A DNA stretch of 63,747 nt, filler included, from Ministeria vibrans ATCC 50519 (taxonomy: Eukaryota; Protista; Filasterea): assembly GCA_943704425.1 (NCBI GenBank). It is 8 parts of 8 records of this genome, joined end to end, with 100 filler letters (N's around TTAATTAATTAA, not from the genome) between each part and the next. Parts side by side here need not be neighbours in the genome. Positions count along the whole stretch, not along the records: positions 12,770 to 41,772 come from CALSCP010000376.1; positions 41,873 to 48,457 come from CALSCP010002077.1; positions 48,558 to 54,997 come from CALSCP010001003.1; 5 more parts are not named here. One strand, written 5' to 3'. Positions 40,016-53,884 of the stretch are shown here, piece by piece. The notes below the pieces were generated by a model. That model saw only the letters and a program-made list of their open reading frames with translations. It had not been told where the DNA came from and did no database searches. Every line of letters starts with the position of its first letter. The first letter of the stretch is position 1. The translations under genes were made by a program, and so were the position numbers.

Positions 40016-41703
40016 ATGGCTACAACTTCGAAACGCTCGGCGGCTGCCGCGGCATCTGAGGCTGCGGCAGAGCGAGCGAAAATTCTTGCAAAGAGTCTGG
40101 CGAAATCAGGTTTGGAGAAGCGGAAACGAAACACACTCACCTGCTCACCCCACTGCACTCTCTGCCTCTCTTGCGCGCTCCCATCGTAGGCGAGATCATC
40201 AAGAAGCAGCTGAGTGCCGCGACCAACCCCATGCGCTACCTGGAAGAGTTTCGCGCGCGCAATGCACTTTCGCTTTCCGTCTGCCAAAACGCGTTTCCTC
40301 TCCTCGACGTCCACGGCGTCTCGCGCGCCCGCGTTCACCAGTCCTTGCTGGGCCACTTGAAATCCACATTGCTTGCAAGGGTCACTGAGCTCCCAAGCGC
40401 CAAGTACGGTTTGCACCATCAGTTTTGCAAAACGACTCTCGGACTGAATTGATCTAATTGGTTTCGTTAGACTGGACGAATTGCTGGACAGCTCATTTCC
40501 GTACATCTTCATTCCCGAGCTGAAAGAGATTCCGTTTGCTATCATGGATCATCACCCCAGCATCCCAGTGCGCATTCTCAAGGCTCTCGTCAAGAAACCC
40601 GACGTGATCAAGGTGACGCGACTCAAGTGACTTTGTTCTGTGCTACTTTGACACCCTCGTGGTTGCAGGAACTTCCTTTGAATGCCAAAAGACAACTATG
40701 GAGGCACGATGTGAAGCACTTTGAAGTTGAAGTGATGCCGCTTATTGCGACGGTACAAAATGAAAAAAAGCGGGAGGAGGTTGATTCGTTATCGCGTTTG
40801 TAGTTTGTGTGTGATTCGGATGTGCAGCAGAGCGCACTCAACATGATTTGCGCCAACTCAGTGTCGCCCCGAAAGCGGTACCGATAGTTTTATATATTTT
40901 TATGAAAATATGACACTGAAACGGGAGTGTTTAGACGAGAACACGGATCGATTACTGCGCTAGCAACGATTGTTGCACACTCGAGGACGCTGTATCACAC
41001 GCTGGTGCAGTTGCTGCGAGGTGTGTACTGCAGTGGGGAAGTTCGCATTCTGCAGGGACATGCAGAGGCGCTTCTAAGTGGGATTGAGACGGGTGGGTGT
41101 CGTGTGCGCACTGACACGCTCGGCAGTGGCAGTGAGGGAACGGAAAATGAGCAGCAGGTGACAGTGATTGAATTGGGAAGCGTGGAGCGGGATCTGGTGT
41201 GCGCAGTGCGTGCAGCGGTACTCATGGCATTGCACGATGAAGGGGGTGCGTCTATGGATATAGTGCGCAGTGACGAAGCATACCGTTTTGCATGGTACAC
41301 GTGAATCCATGTTACTCATGTCTGTTTGATTTTAATGCTATTTTTTTTCGTGCGACGTGCTTGTTGTTTAGGTGTCTTAATGCTTGCATTCGCGATGGAA
41401 CTGTTGAAGAAACTCAAATTCAACTGTTGCGTGATTTCTTTGACAATGCCGAAGCAGGTCCAGTCATTGGGTAAGCGAATACAGATTGATTATTGACAAT
41501 CGCAATATTGACCGTCGTTATGTGTGTGTGTGTCTGTATATGTGTGCCTTTTTGTTGCAGTGAAATTGGAATGATTCTGTGCGATCCATTTGCAGCGCAC
41601 ACAATCCACCGGTTTCTATTCAGCATTGTTGTGCAGCTGACTCAGCCGCAGAATCAACTGTTGCCACAGGTCGATGGGTCGCTCGTCTATCTCTCCACTC
41701 TCG
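40016..41703 (+). CDS. NELFB: Negative elongation factor B (COBRA1) homolog, 3' truncated
   Basis: GEIIKKQLSAATNPMRYLEEFRARNAL, FPLLDVHGVSRARVHQSLL, LDELLDSSFPYIFIPELKEI, ELPLNAKRQLW, IGMILCDPF. Confidence 0.82.
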
Positions 41704-42581
41704 TAACACGAAAACCCAAATTACAAATTATACACAGAGAGGAGAGAGAGAAATGAGGGGGAAAGAAAAAAANNNNNNNNNNNNNNNNNNNNNNNNNNNN
41801 NNNNNNNNNNNNNNNNTTAATTAATTAANNNNNNNNNNNNNNNNNNNNNNNNNNNNNNNNNNNNNNNNNNNNATCGAGAGAACAAAGTCAACTTACACGA
41901 AGTGCACGACTGACAGTATTATTACTATGATTATAGGGTAAAAATATAAGCTCTGCAAAACGGAGAATAAATATTTATGTACGTATTAATTATTACTTCT
42001 CTGTTCTCCCAATATGTTACCTCTAGGCTCTAGAGGTTTGGTTGAGTTACAACTCACTTACAAGGGGGTGTGGCTGACTGGCCGTGCTTTTTTAATGATC
42101 CGATCATTAATGCAAGTTAATGCAATAATAAATCTTAATTATTAATTTATTAAATTTTATTTTATTGTTTCTTTTCCTTTTCTGATCTTACTAATATGAA
42201 GCAGACTAGTCGCACAAGGGAGTGACTGTCAGCAACCAGAGACCATGCAAAATTTCAACTGTATATGTCGTTGACTCAATAGTCGAAACGACGTCATCAC
42301 TACAATTGAATGAATTTTGAAGTGACAAGTCCGTGACAAGTTTAAAGGAAGTTCAATGTGTCCCTTGTGACTTTCTTGTGACAACTGGTGAAACGACGAC
42401 GACTGACGAGTTTTCCGGACTGAGTATGAATATATCAATTATAATACAACACACATCGACTTGTCGATTGTGCAACTACCAAGTTCAATTCACTTGATTT
42501 TGATCATTAACAAAACAAATCCGCAAATTTTTTTTCCCTTTTGTCTTTTCAAAAAGAATATATTTTGACGTCACAAGAAAA

Positions 42582-45257
42582 ATGCAACATTCCTGGCGGA
42601 TTCTGTTGGGGGCGCTCCTCGTGTGCGCGGCGCTCATCCCTGTCGAGGCGGAGTGCCCTTCGACCCCCTGTCTGAACGGCAGCACCTGCGACGACTCGGG
42701 GATCTGCATTTGCTCTGCAGGATGGAATGGCGTTTCCTGCGACGAATGTGCGACCGGCTACGGCGGCGCCAACTGCAGCCTTGCCACCGTCTTTGTTGAA
42801 TCGAGCATTGCTGTCAACGACTGTGACCCCGCCGAGTGCTGCTGCCCGGCCCTGCTCCAAGTCAAGGCGCTCAGTGGCAATTTCATTTTTTTGACCGGCG
42901 AAGCGCGCGGCCCGCTCTGCGGCCCCACCGACCGCCTCATGCTCAACACGACCGCCTACGTGTCGCCGCTCACAGCCGTGTACCCTGCTTCGGCGGCCTT
43001 TTCCACGGGCGCCGGCGTCCTGACCATTTCCATGGATGTGCCCAACGGGAATCTTGATGTCGTCATCAATTCGGGCTCGACCGTTTGCCCGAGTTTTTCA
43101 CACTTCATCAACTACTGTGTCAGTGCGCCCTGCCTCAACCATGCCACCTGTACCACGACGCTCAGTAGCTACACCTGTGAGTGCCCTGCTGCCTGGACGG
43201 GACCCAACTGCGAGGTTCCCATTGCGCCGCTGAGCGACGCGTGCGTGTCAAACCCGTGCCACCGTGACGCCGAGTGTTTGTCGGGCGCCACCGCCGGTAC
43301 ATTCTCCTGCATTTGCGACGCCCAACTGACGGGCCCCACCTGTCAAATACCCATCACCGCCTCGTCCCTGTGCGCTTCGTCGCCCTGCAGCAACGGCGGT
43401 GCCTGTACCCTTGACGCCTCCCGACCCACCGGCTTCGCGTGTGAATGCAACGAATTGTGGGCAGGCGCAACGTGCGACACACCACTCGCCAGCAACATTT
43501 GCGAATTGTACGAGCCATGCCTCTTCAACGGCACTTGCATTGTGCAGGACACGGACGTGTACACCTGCGACTGTGGCACCCAAGCCATTGGCACCAATTG
43601 TGAGACGTCACTTCACCCGTGCCTCACCACACCCTGCCTCAACGGTGGCCAGTGCGAGGCAGCCACCGGTCAGTGCGAGTGTCTCTCGGGGTTTGTGGGC
43701 ACACTGTGCGAGACGTTCCTCAGCGAGTGTGCCTCGAGTCCGTGCCAGAACAACGGCGAGTGTGTCGGAGCCGACATTGGTCTGTGTCACTGTCCTGACA
43801 ATGTCTTTGGCACCTACTGCGAGACGGTGATTGATCAGAGTGTGTGCGACTCGTCGCCGTGTCTCAACAACGCCGTGTGCGTCAGTGGTCTCGAATCCTT
43901 CCCAAGCGCCACCTGCTACTGCCCCTTTGGCTTCACTGGCGACCTGTGCGACCTTGCAGTGCTGGCAAACGTGACGGGCGCCGCGACGTTTACGCTCTCA
44001 TTTGAGGGTGTTGATGTGAACACGATGGATCCTCGCGAAGAGCAACTCTTTAAAGATCAGATTGCAATTGAGGCGAGTCGCGAGATTTCGCCGGCCATCA
44101 CGAGCGACAACCTGGTTTTTCTTAGTCTGCAGAACCAAGCGAGTAACGTCCAGGACATTGAGTGTGTGGCGGTGGACAATGGAGGTTTCTACGATGCGAC
44201 ACTCACCAACAGTGTGGGCGACGTGCTGCGCTCGCGCACTATCGCCGACGACTACCAGCTTCAGCTGGGCGATGCGACGCTCGTGTATGTCCTCGTACCT
44301 CAAGTGCCGCTTCCGTCCGCTCAGCCGACCACCTTCATTCCGGAGCCGACGGGTGCCGGTGTGCAGTTTGATCCGGTCACAGGCGAGTTCATTGGACCGC
44401 GCGTGCAATTTACGCTGGCGGCCGCCACCATCGACCAGGATTTTGCGACGGGCTCACAGCAGGACACGCTGCGTCTGGAGATTGCCGACGCAGTCAACAA
44501 TCCGCCCAACATTGAGTTTTACAACATCAACCTGGACGTGATTGCTCCCGGCAGTGTCATTGTGCAGTACCACATTATCGACGCGGCCGGCAACGCCCTC
44601 AACGAGCAGACGATTTTGGCAGCAAGTGGCATGGACAGTTTGGTGGGCGATTTTGAGGTAGTGTCGCTCACGCTCGTGACTACGCCCGGTCTCTCTGTAC
44701 CCCAGAGTACTCCGCTGCCGTCGCCCAGTAATGGTTCGGACAGCAAGGGCATTGTTGCAGGTGTGTGCGTGGGCCTTGTGCTTGCCATTGTGATTGTGTG
44801 TGCCTTGTGGGTGCGTCACTTGCGACGACAACACCGTCGCTACCGTCCCGCAACAGCCTTCATTCGTGACTCGAGTAACTTCCGCGACCAAGACACCTTC
44901 CAAGGCATGGGCAACGATCGCATGAAGGCGGGCGCGGCGTCATCGTTGCGTCGTTCGTCGGATGCACACTCGCTTATGACCGAGGAGGCTTTGCGACAGA
45001 ACATGCATGAGACGTCGACGGATCGTCGACGTGGCTCGGGCGGATCGGGACGCATCGGAGGTGGTAGACGCCCCTCTTTTGATCTGGAACAGTTTGCCCT
45101 GCGACCCATGCGTCTCGTGGAGATGCCCGAGGAGGACGAGACGTCACACTCGCAAAGTGTGCTCGAGGTGCCTTCCTCGCTCGACCCCGCCGATAAACAG
45201 CGTATTCTCACCGACAATCTCTTGCGTGAAATTAGTGATGCCTCGGTCGAGTTTTGA
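42582..45257 (+). CDS. Single-exon type I membrane protein: 8 EGF repeats, two SEA-like domains, TM, cytoplasmic tail
   Basis: Signal peptide; eight six-Cys EGF repeats; APGSVIVQYHI SEA-type motif; TM GIVAGVCVGLVLAIVIVCALWV followed by basic RHLRRQHRR. Confidence 0.88.
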   Translation: MQHSWRILLGALLVCAALIPVEAECPSTPCLNGSTCDDSGICICSAGWNGVSCDECATGYGGANCSLATVFVESSIAVNDCDPAECCCPALLQVKALSGNFIFLTGEARGPLCGPTDRLMLNTTAYVSPLTAVYPASAAFSTGAGVLTISMDVPNGNLDVVINSGSTVCPSFSHFINYCVSAPCLNHATCTTTLSSYTCECPAAWTGPNCEVPIAPLSDACVSNPCHRDAECLSGATAGTFSCICDAQLTGPTCQIPITASSLCASSPCSNGGACTLDASRPTGFACECNELWAGATCDTPLASNICELYEPCLFNGTCIVQDTDVYTCDCGTQAIGTNCETSLHPCLTTPCLNGGQCEAATGQCECLSGFVGTLCETFLSECASSPCQNNGECVGADIGLCHCPDNVFGTYCETVIDQSVCDSSPCLNNAVCVSGLESFPSATCYCPFGFTGDLCDLAVLANVTGAATFTLSFEGVDVNTMDPREEQLFKDQIAIEASREISPAITSDNLVFLSLQNQASNVQDIECVAVDNGGFYDATLTNSVGDVLRSRTIADDYQLQLGDATLVYVLVPQVPLPSAQPTTFIPEPTGAGVQFDPVTGEFIGPRVQFTLAAATIDQDFATGSQQDTLRLEIADAVNNPPNIEFYNINLDVIAPGSVIVQYHIIDAAGNALNEQTILAASGMDSLVGDFEVVSLTLVTTPGLSVPQSTPLPSPSNGSDSKGIVAGVCVGLVLAIVIVCALWVRHLRRQHRRYRPATAFIRDSSNFRDQDTFQGMGNDRMKAGAASSLRRSSDAHSLMTEEALRQNMHETSTDRRRGSGGSGRIGGGRRPSFDLEQFALRPMRLVEMPEEDETSHSQSVLEVPSSLDPADKQRILTDNLLREISDASVEF

Positions 45258-45265
45258 TTAAAAAT

Positions 45266-45297
<32 letters not shown>

Positions 45298-45751
45298 GTG
45301 AGGGATTGGAGAGTGAACAATGAATACAACAACAACAATTAATATTACAAATTATTTTAAAAAAATGTGAGTGTGTGCGTGTGGGTGTGTGGTGAGAGAT
45401 TGGAGAGTGAACAATGAATGCAACAACAATAATTATTATTACAAAAATAATACTAATAATTATTATCATTATAATAATTATAATAATAATTATTAATAAT
45501 TTATCATTTTTATAATTATTATACAATTCGTATCAGCTAACATTTATCCGCTCTCTTATATCTTAAAAGACTTAACCGACAGACTTCACGAATAACGATA
45601 CTTCATTACTTTTTTCTGACTCTTGACTGTCTCCTGTAGCTCAAAAGTTTATCAGAGTTGTGCCGCTATTCGTTTCAATGTCACTGCTCATAAAAATTCT
45701 CAAAAAATAACAATCGTTATTATGAATTACTTACTACAATTATTTATAATT

Positions 45752-46361
45752 ATGCATTATGACAAGTCTCAAATAGCTCTCTTGGTACTTATTATTGCTG
45801 TAGTTGGGGTAGTGGGGGAAAATTCTCCTCTTGTGCCTTGCTCAAATGTGTACGATCCGACGGGCTATATCTTCCGACTCTTCATCTCTGTCTCATGTAG
45901 ACCGGACGAGTTTCGATGGTGCGAGCCCCCTGTACTTGTGGGCACTCATGTGAACTCTTCGCTGGGCTGCAACAAGTTTGGTGGGGAGCGCTACGAAGAT
46001 GTCGAACGAACGCAAACTTGGTGTTCCGTTCTGGACGGTAGACGCAGTTGTGGACGCTCGCCCGGCGTCGCTCACCCTCACTTGGTGTGTAGGTGTGGAG
46101 TGCACGGGCGCACGACGCTTTCTCATCGACAATGTGCCCTGCATTTTCTACAGTGGTCATCGGTTTGTGTCGACCTTTCTCTTCTCGCTCTTCTTTGGCT
46201 GGTGCGGCGTCGATCGCCTGTGCCTGGGCCACACCGCCACGGGCCTGGCCAAACTGTTTACTTTAGGTGGCGTGGGCATCTGGTGGCTTGTCGACATGGT
46301 TCTGCTGGCAACGGGCCATCTGATGCCCGCTGACTCATCCAACTTCGAGCCGCTCTGGTGA
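45752..46361 (+). CDS. TM2D2: TM2 domain-containing protein 2 (amaretto-like)
   Basis: Introns 45850-45900 and 46038-46092 give PCSNVPDEFRWCEPP..GCNKFGGERYEDVERT..CSVLDGVECTGARRF..PCIFYSGHRF..GVDRLCLGHT..KLFTLGGVGIWWLVD..LMPADSSN, closely matching animal TM2D2 as recalled. Confidence 0.85.
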
Positions 46362-46453
46362 ATTCCATTTACCACGCGCCACACACACACACACACAAAA
46401 CGACACAATTGTAATGTACATGTACAACACCATATCGCAGACGAAACAGCCAC

Positions 46454-48394
<1,941 letters not shown>

Positions 48395-48586
48395 GTAGAG
48401 AAAATAATTAATGTGAAATTATTGTGAATTGTGAAGCAACTCATCACTCAAACGCCGNNNNNNNNNNNNNNNNNNNNNNNNNNNNNNNNNNNNNNNNNNN
48501 NTTAATTAATTAANNNNNNNNNNNNNNNNNNNNNNNNNNNNNNNNNNNNNNNNNNNNTTTTTTTCTGATCTGTCTTTGTCCGTTAG

Positions 48587-51500
48587 CGAAACAAGGGAGA
48601 TGTGGAGGCACTGGAACGTGAAGCGCAGGCCAAGTGGGGCGATGACTTCTCCAGCAACGCTGCAGCCGACGTCGAGAAGACGGACGTGGTCGACTCGGAC
48701 GGGCTTGAGAAGCTCACAGGCTACGCTCGCAAATTCGCCTCGGCAATCAAGGATCTCAATTCGGCCTTTCCCGTTCGCGACGCTGACGGCAAAAGCAAGG
48801 TAATTGTAAACCTGTCCACGCCAGCGCCTTGTTGATTGTTACATTCGACTCATGTTCGACCCACTTCTCCGATCAGGTTCTGCGTGCCATGCAAAACGTC
48901 CAAACGTGCATCCGTGAAGTCGGTAGCCAATTCCAGGTGTCAAGTGGACCACCGTTGCGCCGTGGGAAGAAACTTGTCGACATGATCAAGGCATGGGACG
49001 TCGAACAAGAGCCGCTCAAGGTACAACTATTAATTAATAAAAAAGAAAATAAAATAATTATATTATGAAAATGAAACGCCAACCTGACGCTTGTCTGTGT
49101 AGCCTCGTGAGTTCCAAAAGGCGTGCGACGAGCTGGTGGAGACGTACACACGTGTGGTGAGCGAGTGCTTGATTGGATTTAACTCGGGGTTGAGCATGGA
49201 CTTGGACGACGAGTTGGACGCGTACGGCGAGGACCGCGACATTGCCGGCTACTTGTTGCAGGACGCCGTCATCGTGCTCAATCGTCGCTGCAAGGAGTGG
49301 AGCAAGTACGTGGGCGAGATCATCAAGTACCTCAAGGATCGCGTGGGTCACGAGAAGGACTACTACGCCGCCATGACCAAAATTGCGCGTCTCAGCGCTG
49401 ATGCAATGAGTGAAAAGGGCGGTGCCGTCGCCACCGGCTCCTTCCACAACGCCATGTCCATTGTGTTGCGTACGCACGAGAACCAGGCCCAAAAGCGCGC
49501 CGACTTTACCATTAACGTCCTTCAGACGGTCATTGACGTGCTCCACCTCAAGCGTACCGACCACGACAAGAGCCGCAAGCTGCTCAAGGAGCAATTTGTC
49601 GAGCAAGAAAAGAAGCTCCACAAGGCTCTCAAGGCGCTTGAGTCTGCCCGAAGCGTAAACCAAACAAAAAAAAACAGAAAAAAAACTTCGATGCTCTACC
49701 GTTTTTATTTATAAAATTAACATTATTATTTTCGTCTCTAACTTTTTATAATTATAGTCTTACCACTCGGCTTCGAACAACTGGGAAAAGGCAGCTCTTG
49801 CCAAGGATCGCGAGGAGTCGGCGGGGACAGATGCTAAAATTGAGAAGCGCGCCAAGGACGAGGAGACAGCTCGACGCAGTGCGGCCGACGCCGATGACGC
49901 CTACAGAGCCCAGCTGGCAGCCACCAACAAGACTATCACCGAGTTTGAGGCGTATTACAAGACGACGCTGCGCGACTACAAGCGACTCAACGAAGACTGC
50001 GAGGAGGCCACCAAGACGGCAATCATGAAGTTCCTCGAGCTCGAGCGCGACTTGTACACGCCGTTTGCCGGACGTCTGTCGGACGTTATGGTCACCGGTA
50101 GTAAGATTGATCATGTGCGCGACGTTGCTGAGTACGTGCGTGTCGAGAGCGAGGGCAATGCTCTTAGCCACCCCATTCACGAGTACGAGGAGTACCAAAT
50201 GTCGCGTCAGGCCGCAAATTACCTTGGACTCGACTCCATTCGCAAGCCACCTCCGTCCTTTGCCCCGTCCAAAAAGGAACCCGCCAAGGTACGATACGTT
50301 GACGAAATGACAGAGAGAAACAAATAGACGTAGAGAAACAGAAAGAAAGAGATAGAGAGAGAAAATGTTAATTCTTAATCATTGAGCATAAAATTAGCAC
50401 TAATTATTATTATTATTATTATAATAATAATCTTATTGTTTTTATTGTTATTATTTTATAACATGTAGGTGTCGAAGCCGAAGAAGAATCTGTTTGGTCA
50501 CCCGCTGGACGACATTACGGCCATGTCGCCCAACAATGTGCCTCAAGTGATTGTGAGCTGCGTGTCGGAGATTGAGAAGCGAGGCATGGACTGCATTGGA
50601 ATCTATCGTATGGCGGGTGTCAAGAGCCAGATTGAGAACTTGTGCAATGATTTTGATGCGGGCCGCATGATTGATTTGGGAGCACTTATTGACATGCACG
50701 TCCTCGGCAGTGTTGTCAAGCTCTTCTTTCGTCAGATGCCCGAGCCGCTCATCGCCTACGACGTGTACGAGAAGCTCATTGGGAGTGGTAAGGAGACGAG
50801 CCCCTCATTTCTGCGCCAAACCCTCAAGGAACTGCCGACACGCAACCTCGCCACTCTTGAGTACCTTATTGAGCATTTGGAGCGCGTCGCGAGCAAGTCA
50901 GGCGTGAACAAGATGAAGGAGGAGAACCTTGGCATTGTGTTTGGCCCGACGCTGATGAAGGCGCGCAACGAGAACAACTTCAACTCGCTCATGGAAATGC
51001 CCAAGCAGGTGCAGATCGTCACGACTCTCATTAGCAACTTCAACACCGTCTTCCGCACCCAACCTCCCGCACCCAACTCGCCAACGGTAGCGCCCGTCGG
51101 CGGCGTCGCCATGGCTGGTGCTGCCGATGTGGGTTTGCGCAAGAGTCCTCCGCCCACCAGCAAGAAGCCAGTCGTCTCGCCGCCAGCGTCGCATCCCAAG
51201 GCATCCCCGCCTGTCATTGCACCACCAGCAGCAGTGCGCGGACCTGATCCCGTCATGATGCACGATGCGGCCAGCCGTCAAGGCTCGACCGAGGAGGACC
51301 GCGTTGCCGTTGAGGAAGCTCGACGACGTGCGCAGGCGGCCATGACGGAGTTTGGTTCGGGCATGAACAACGGTGCGCCGACCCTTACGCTCGGATCAAC
51401 CGTCACCGCCCCGCCGCGTGTGCCTGAGGAGACACGTGACGAACAGAGCAAGTCAGAGCCACCGACCACGAAGGCGAAGCCGGCCAAGAGACGTCCGTTT

Positions 51501-53394
51501 CTTGCGCGTGGCATGATGGCCGAATCGTCGGACGAGGAGGAAGACGAAGATCCTGCCGCTGCCGAGGCGGCTGCTTCCGCTGCGTTTGCTGAGCGCCAAC
51601 GCGAGGCGGAGCTTGCTAAGGCACGTCGTGTGGAGGAAGAGGAACGCGAGCGTGCGGCTGCGCTCGAGAAACAGAAGCAGCGCGAGCACGAGGAGCAAGA
51701 GCGCGCGCGAAAGGAGCGCGAGGAGGCGGAGCAGCGCAAGGCGGCGCGTGAGGAACGCGAGCGTAAACAGCGCGAGGACGAGGAGCGCGCGGCTGCAGCC
51801 GCACGTGCCGAGCAGGAGGCGCAAGAAAATCGCAAGAGACAAGCAAGTCTGCGTGCGGAAGACCGTCAAGCGCGTCTACGTGATCTTCAGCGCAAGCGCG
51901 AGGGCAAGACGTCGGACGATGAGGCCGATCAGCAACATCAGCATGCGCCTTTGTCGTCGACGGCAAGCTCCGGGAGTGCCGGCGTGCCGGCGGAGCAAGT
52001 TGATCCGGCATTGGCGGCGCAGGCTTCGGAGGCGGACAGAGTGGCGCGCGAGGCTGCCGAAGTGGCGGCGAAAGCCAAGAAGCAGTTGGCGGACACGCCT
52101 CGTCCGCCGGACGAGTTGAAGCAGTGTGTGTGCAACAAGAAGGCGCGTTTCCGCTGTACTATTTGTCGTCAGCAATTCTACTGCAGCAAGGAGTGTCAGA
52201 CTTCTGACTGGCCCACACACAAAGGCGGCTGTTCCAAGCCCAATCCGGAGCAATTGGCGGCCATGAAGCAGCGTGAGGAGGAACGCAAGAAGGCCCTTGC
52301 GCGCTACGAGGAATTGAGCAAGTCTATTGCGCCACTGCAGGCGGCGGCTGATGCGGCCGAGGCTGACGCCCGTCGTGTCAACAGTGAACTGGAGACGTCA
52401 CGTCGCGAGGCGGCGGCGAAGCAACAGCAAAGCCACGCAGCGGAAGAGGAGAAACGTCGGAGGGCGCATGAGCAGCAGCAGCAGCAGCAGCGTGAGGCCG
52501 AGGAACGAGCCGCGGCCGACGCGCGAAAGAGACAGCAGGAAGAGGCGGAGGCGGCGCGCCAGAGAGAAGCGCAAGAGCAGCAACAGGCTGCTCTGCGTGC
52601 ACAGCAGCAGGCTGCAGCAGCACGTGCTCGTGCAGAGGAAGAAGAAGCGGCACGACAGAAGGAGGAGGAGGAGGCCTCGTCGCAGGCGGCTGCTGCGGCC
52701 GCGATGGCGGCTCAACAAGCCGCCGCTGCACGCGCGCGTGCTGAAGCTGCCCAGGCTGCCGAGGCTGAGAAGAGACGGCGGGAGGAAGAAGAGGCGGCCG
52801 CACAGCAGTCGTCTGCTGAACAGGCAAGGCAACAAGCAGCTGCAGCTGCACAGGCACAGGCAGCGGCCGCGGCTGCCGCTGCGCAACGCGCACAGGCGGA
52901 ACAAGCGGAGGCAAAGGCTAAGGCTGAAGCGGAGGCAAAGGCCAAGGCCGACGCTGAGGCAGCGGCTAAAGCACAAGCTGAGGCAGCGGCCAAAGCACAA
53001 GCTGAAGCGGCGGCCAAAGCACAAGCTGAAGCAGCGGCTGCTCAAGCACAAGCTGCAGCGGCGGCGGCTCAAGCGCAAGCTGCAGCGGCGGCGGCTCAAG
53101 CGCAAGCTGCAGCCACTGCCTCCGCTGCTCCCCCTGCTGCTGCTGCTCCTGCAGCAGCAGGGGCCGATGAGCAGCTTCCTGTCGCACTGTACGACTACAC
53201 GGCACGCACTGAAAATGAAGTGTCCTTCCAACGTGGCGACCCCATTCGTGTCTTCCAACAGGTAACGTGTGTGCACAAGTCTTTCCCGTCTCATTTTATT
53301 TCTTCGTATTGTTCAGGTCAATGCCGATTGGCTTCACGGTGAGGTGCGCGGCGCCAACGGGTACATTCCGTGCAAGTATGTGTCGGGCTACTGA
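48587..53394 (+). CDS. ARHGAP29/45(HMHA1)/GMIP-like F-BAR RhoGAP with MYND zinc finger and SH3 (5' truncated)
   Basis: EFQKACDELVETYTRVVSECLIG N-terminal helix; F-BAR start RCKEWSKYVGEIIKYLKDRVGHEKDY; RhoGAP GIYRMAG..KLFFRQMPEPL..NKMKEENLGIVFGPTL; MYND 52125-52232; SH3 ALYDYTARTENEVSFQRGD..DWLHG..GYIPCKYV. Confidence 0.85.
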
Positions 53395-53453
53395 GCGTCT
53401 GCCGTTTGTTAAAGATGTGTGTGTCGAAAAGAGAGAGCATTTTATTAAAAAAT

Positions 53454-53485
<32 letters not shown>

Positions 53486-53639
53486 TTGCTAATTAAAATA
53501 TTCGATGAGCTTTGGTCTCGAAAATTCTCGGAGCGGATGGATAAATCGAAGTGGAAGAAATGGTATTAACAAGAAAAATAACTAATAGAGAGTCGAGAGT
53601 TGTACTCAATGACAACAATCAATATACAAAACAAAGAGC

Positions 53640-53670
<31 letters not shown>

Positions 53671-53884
53671 TTTTAGAATTAATAAAGAAATAATAATAAT
53701 AATTAGAAGAATACAACCCATTTAATAATGATACAGTCACCACGCGAAGAAATAATAATTAGAAAAAGAATACATTATGCAACCCCATTTATTCACCTGG
53801 ATCAACAACAAAAAGCCTAATAATAAATTATTTACTATTATTTCTTTTTCACTTATATTGAATATTTTTATTGCCCTCTCTTGC

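Noticed and set aside
42582-45257. Calling the EGF receptor Notch, Delta or Crumbs
   Set aside because: It lacks LNR, ankyrin, DSL and laminin-G domains and the Crumbs ERLI tail.
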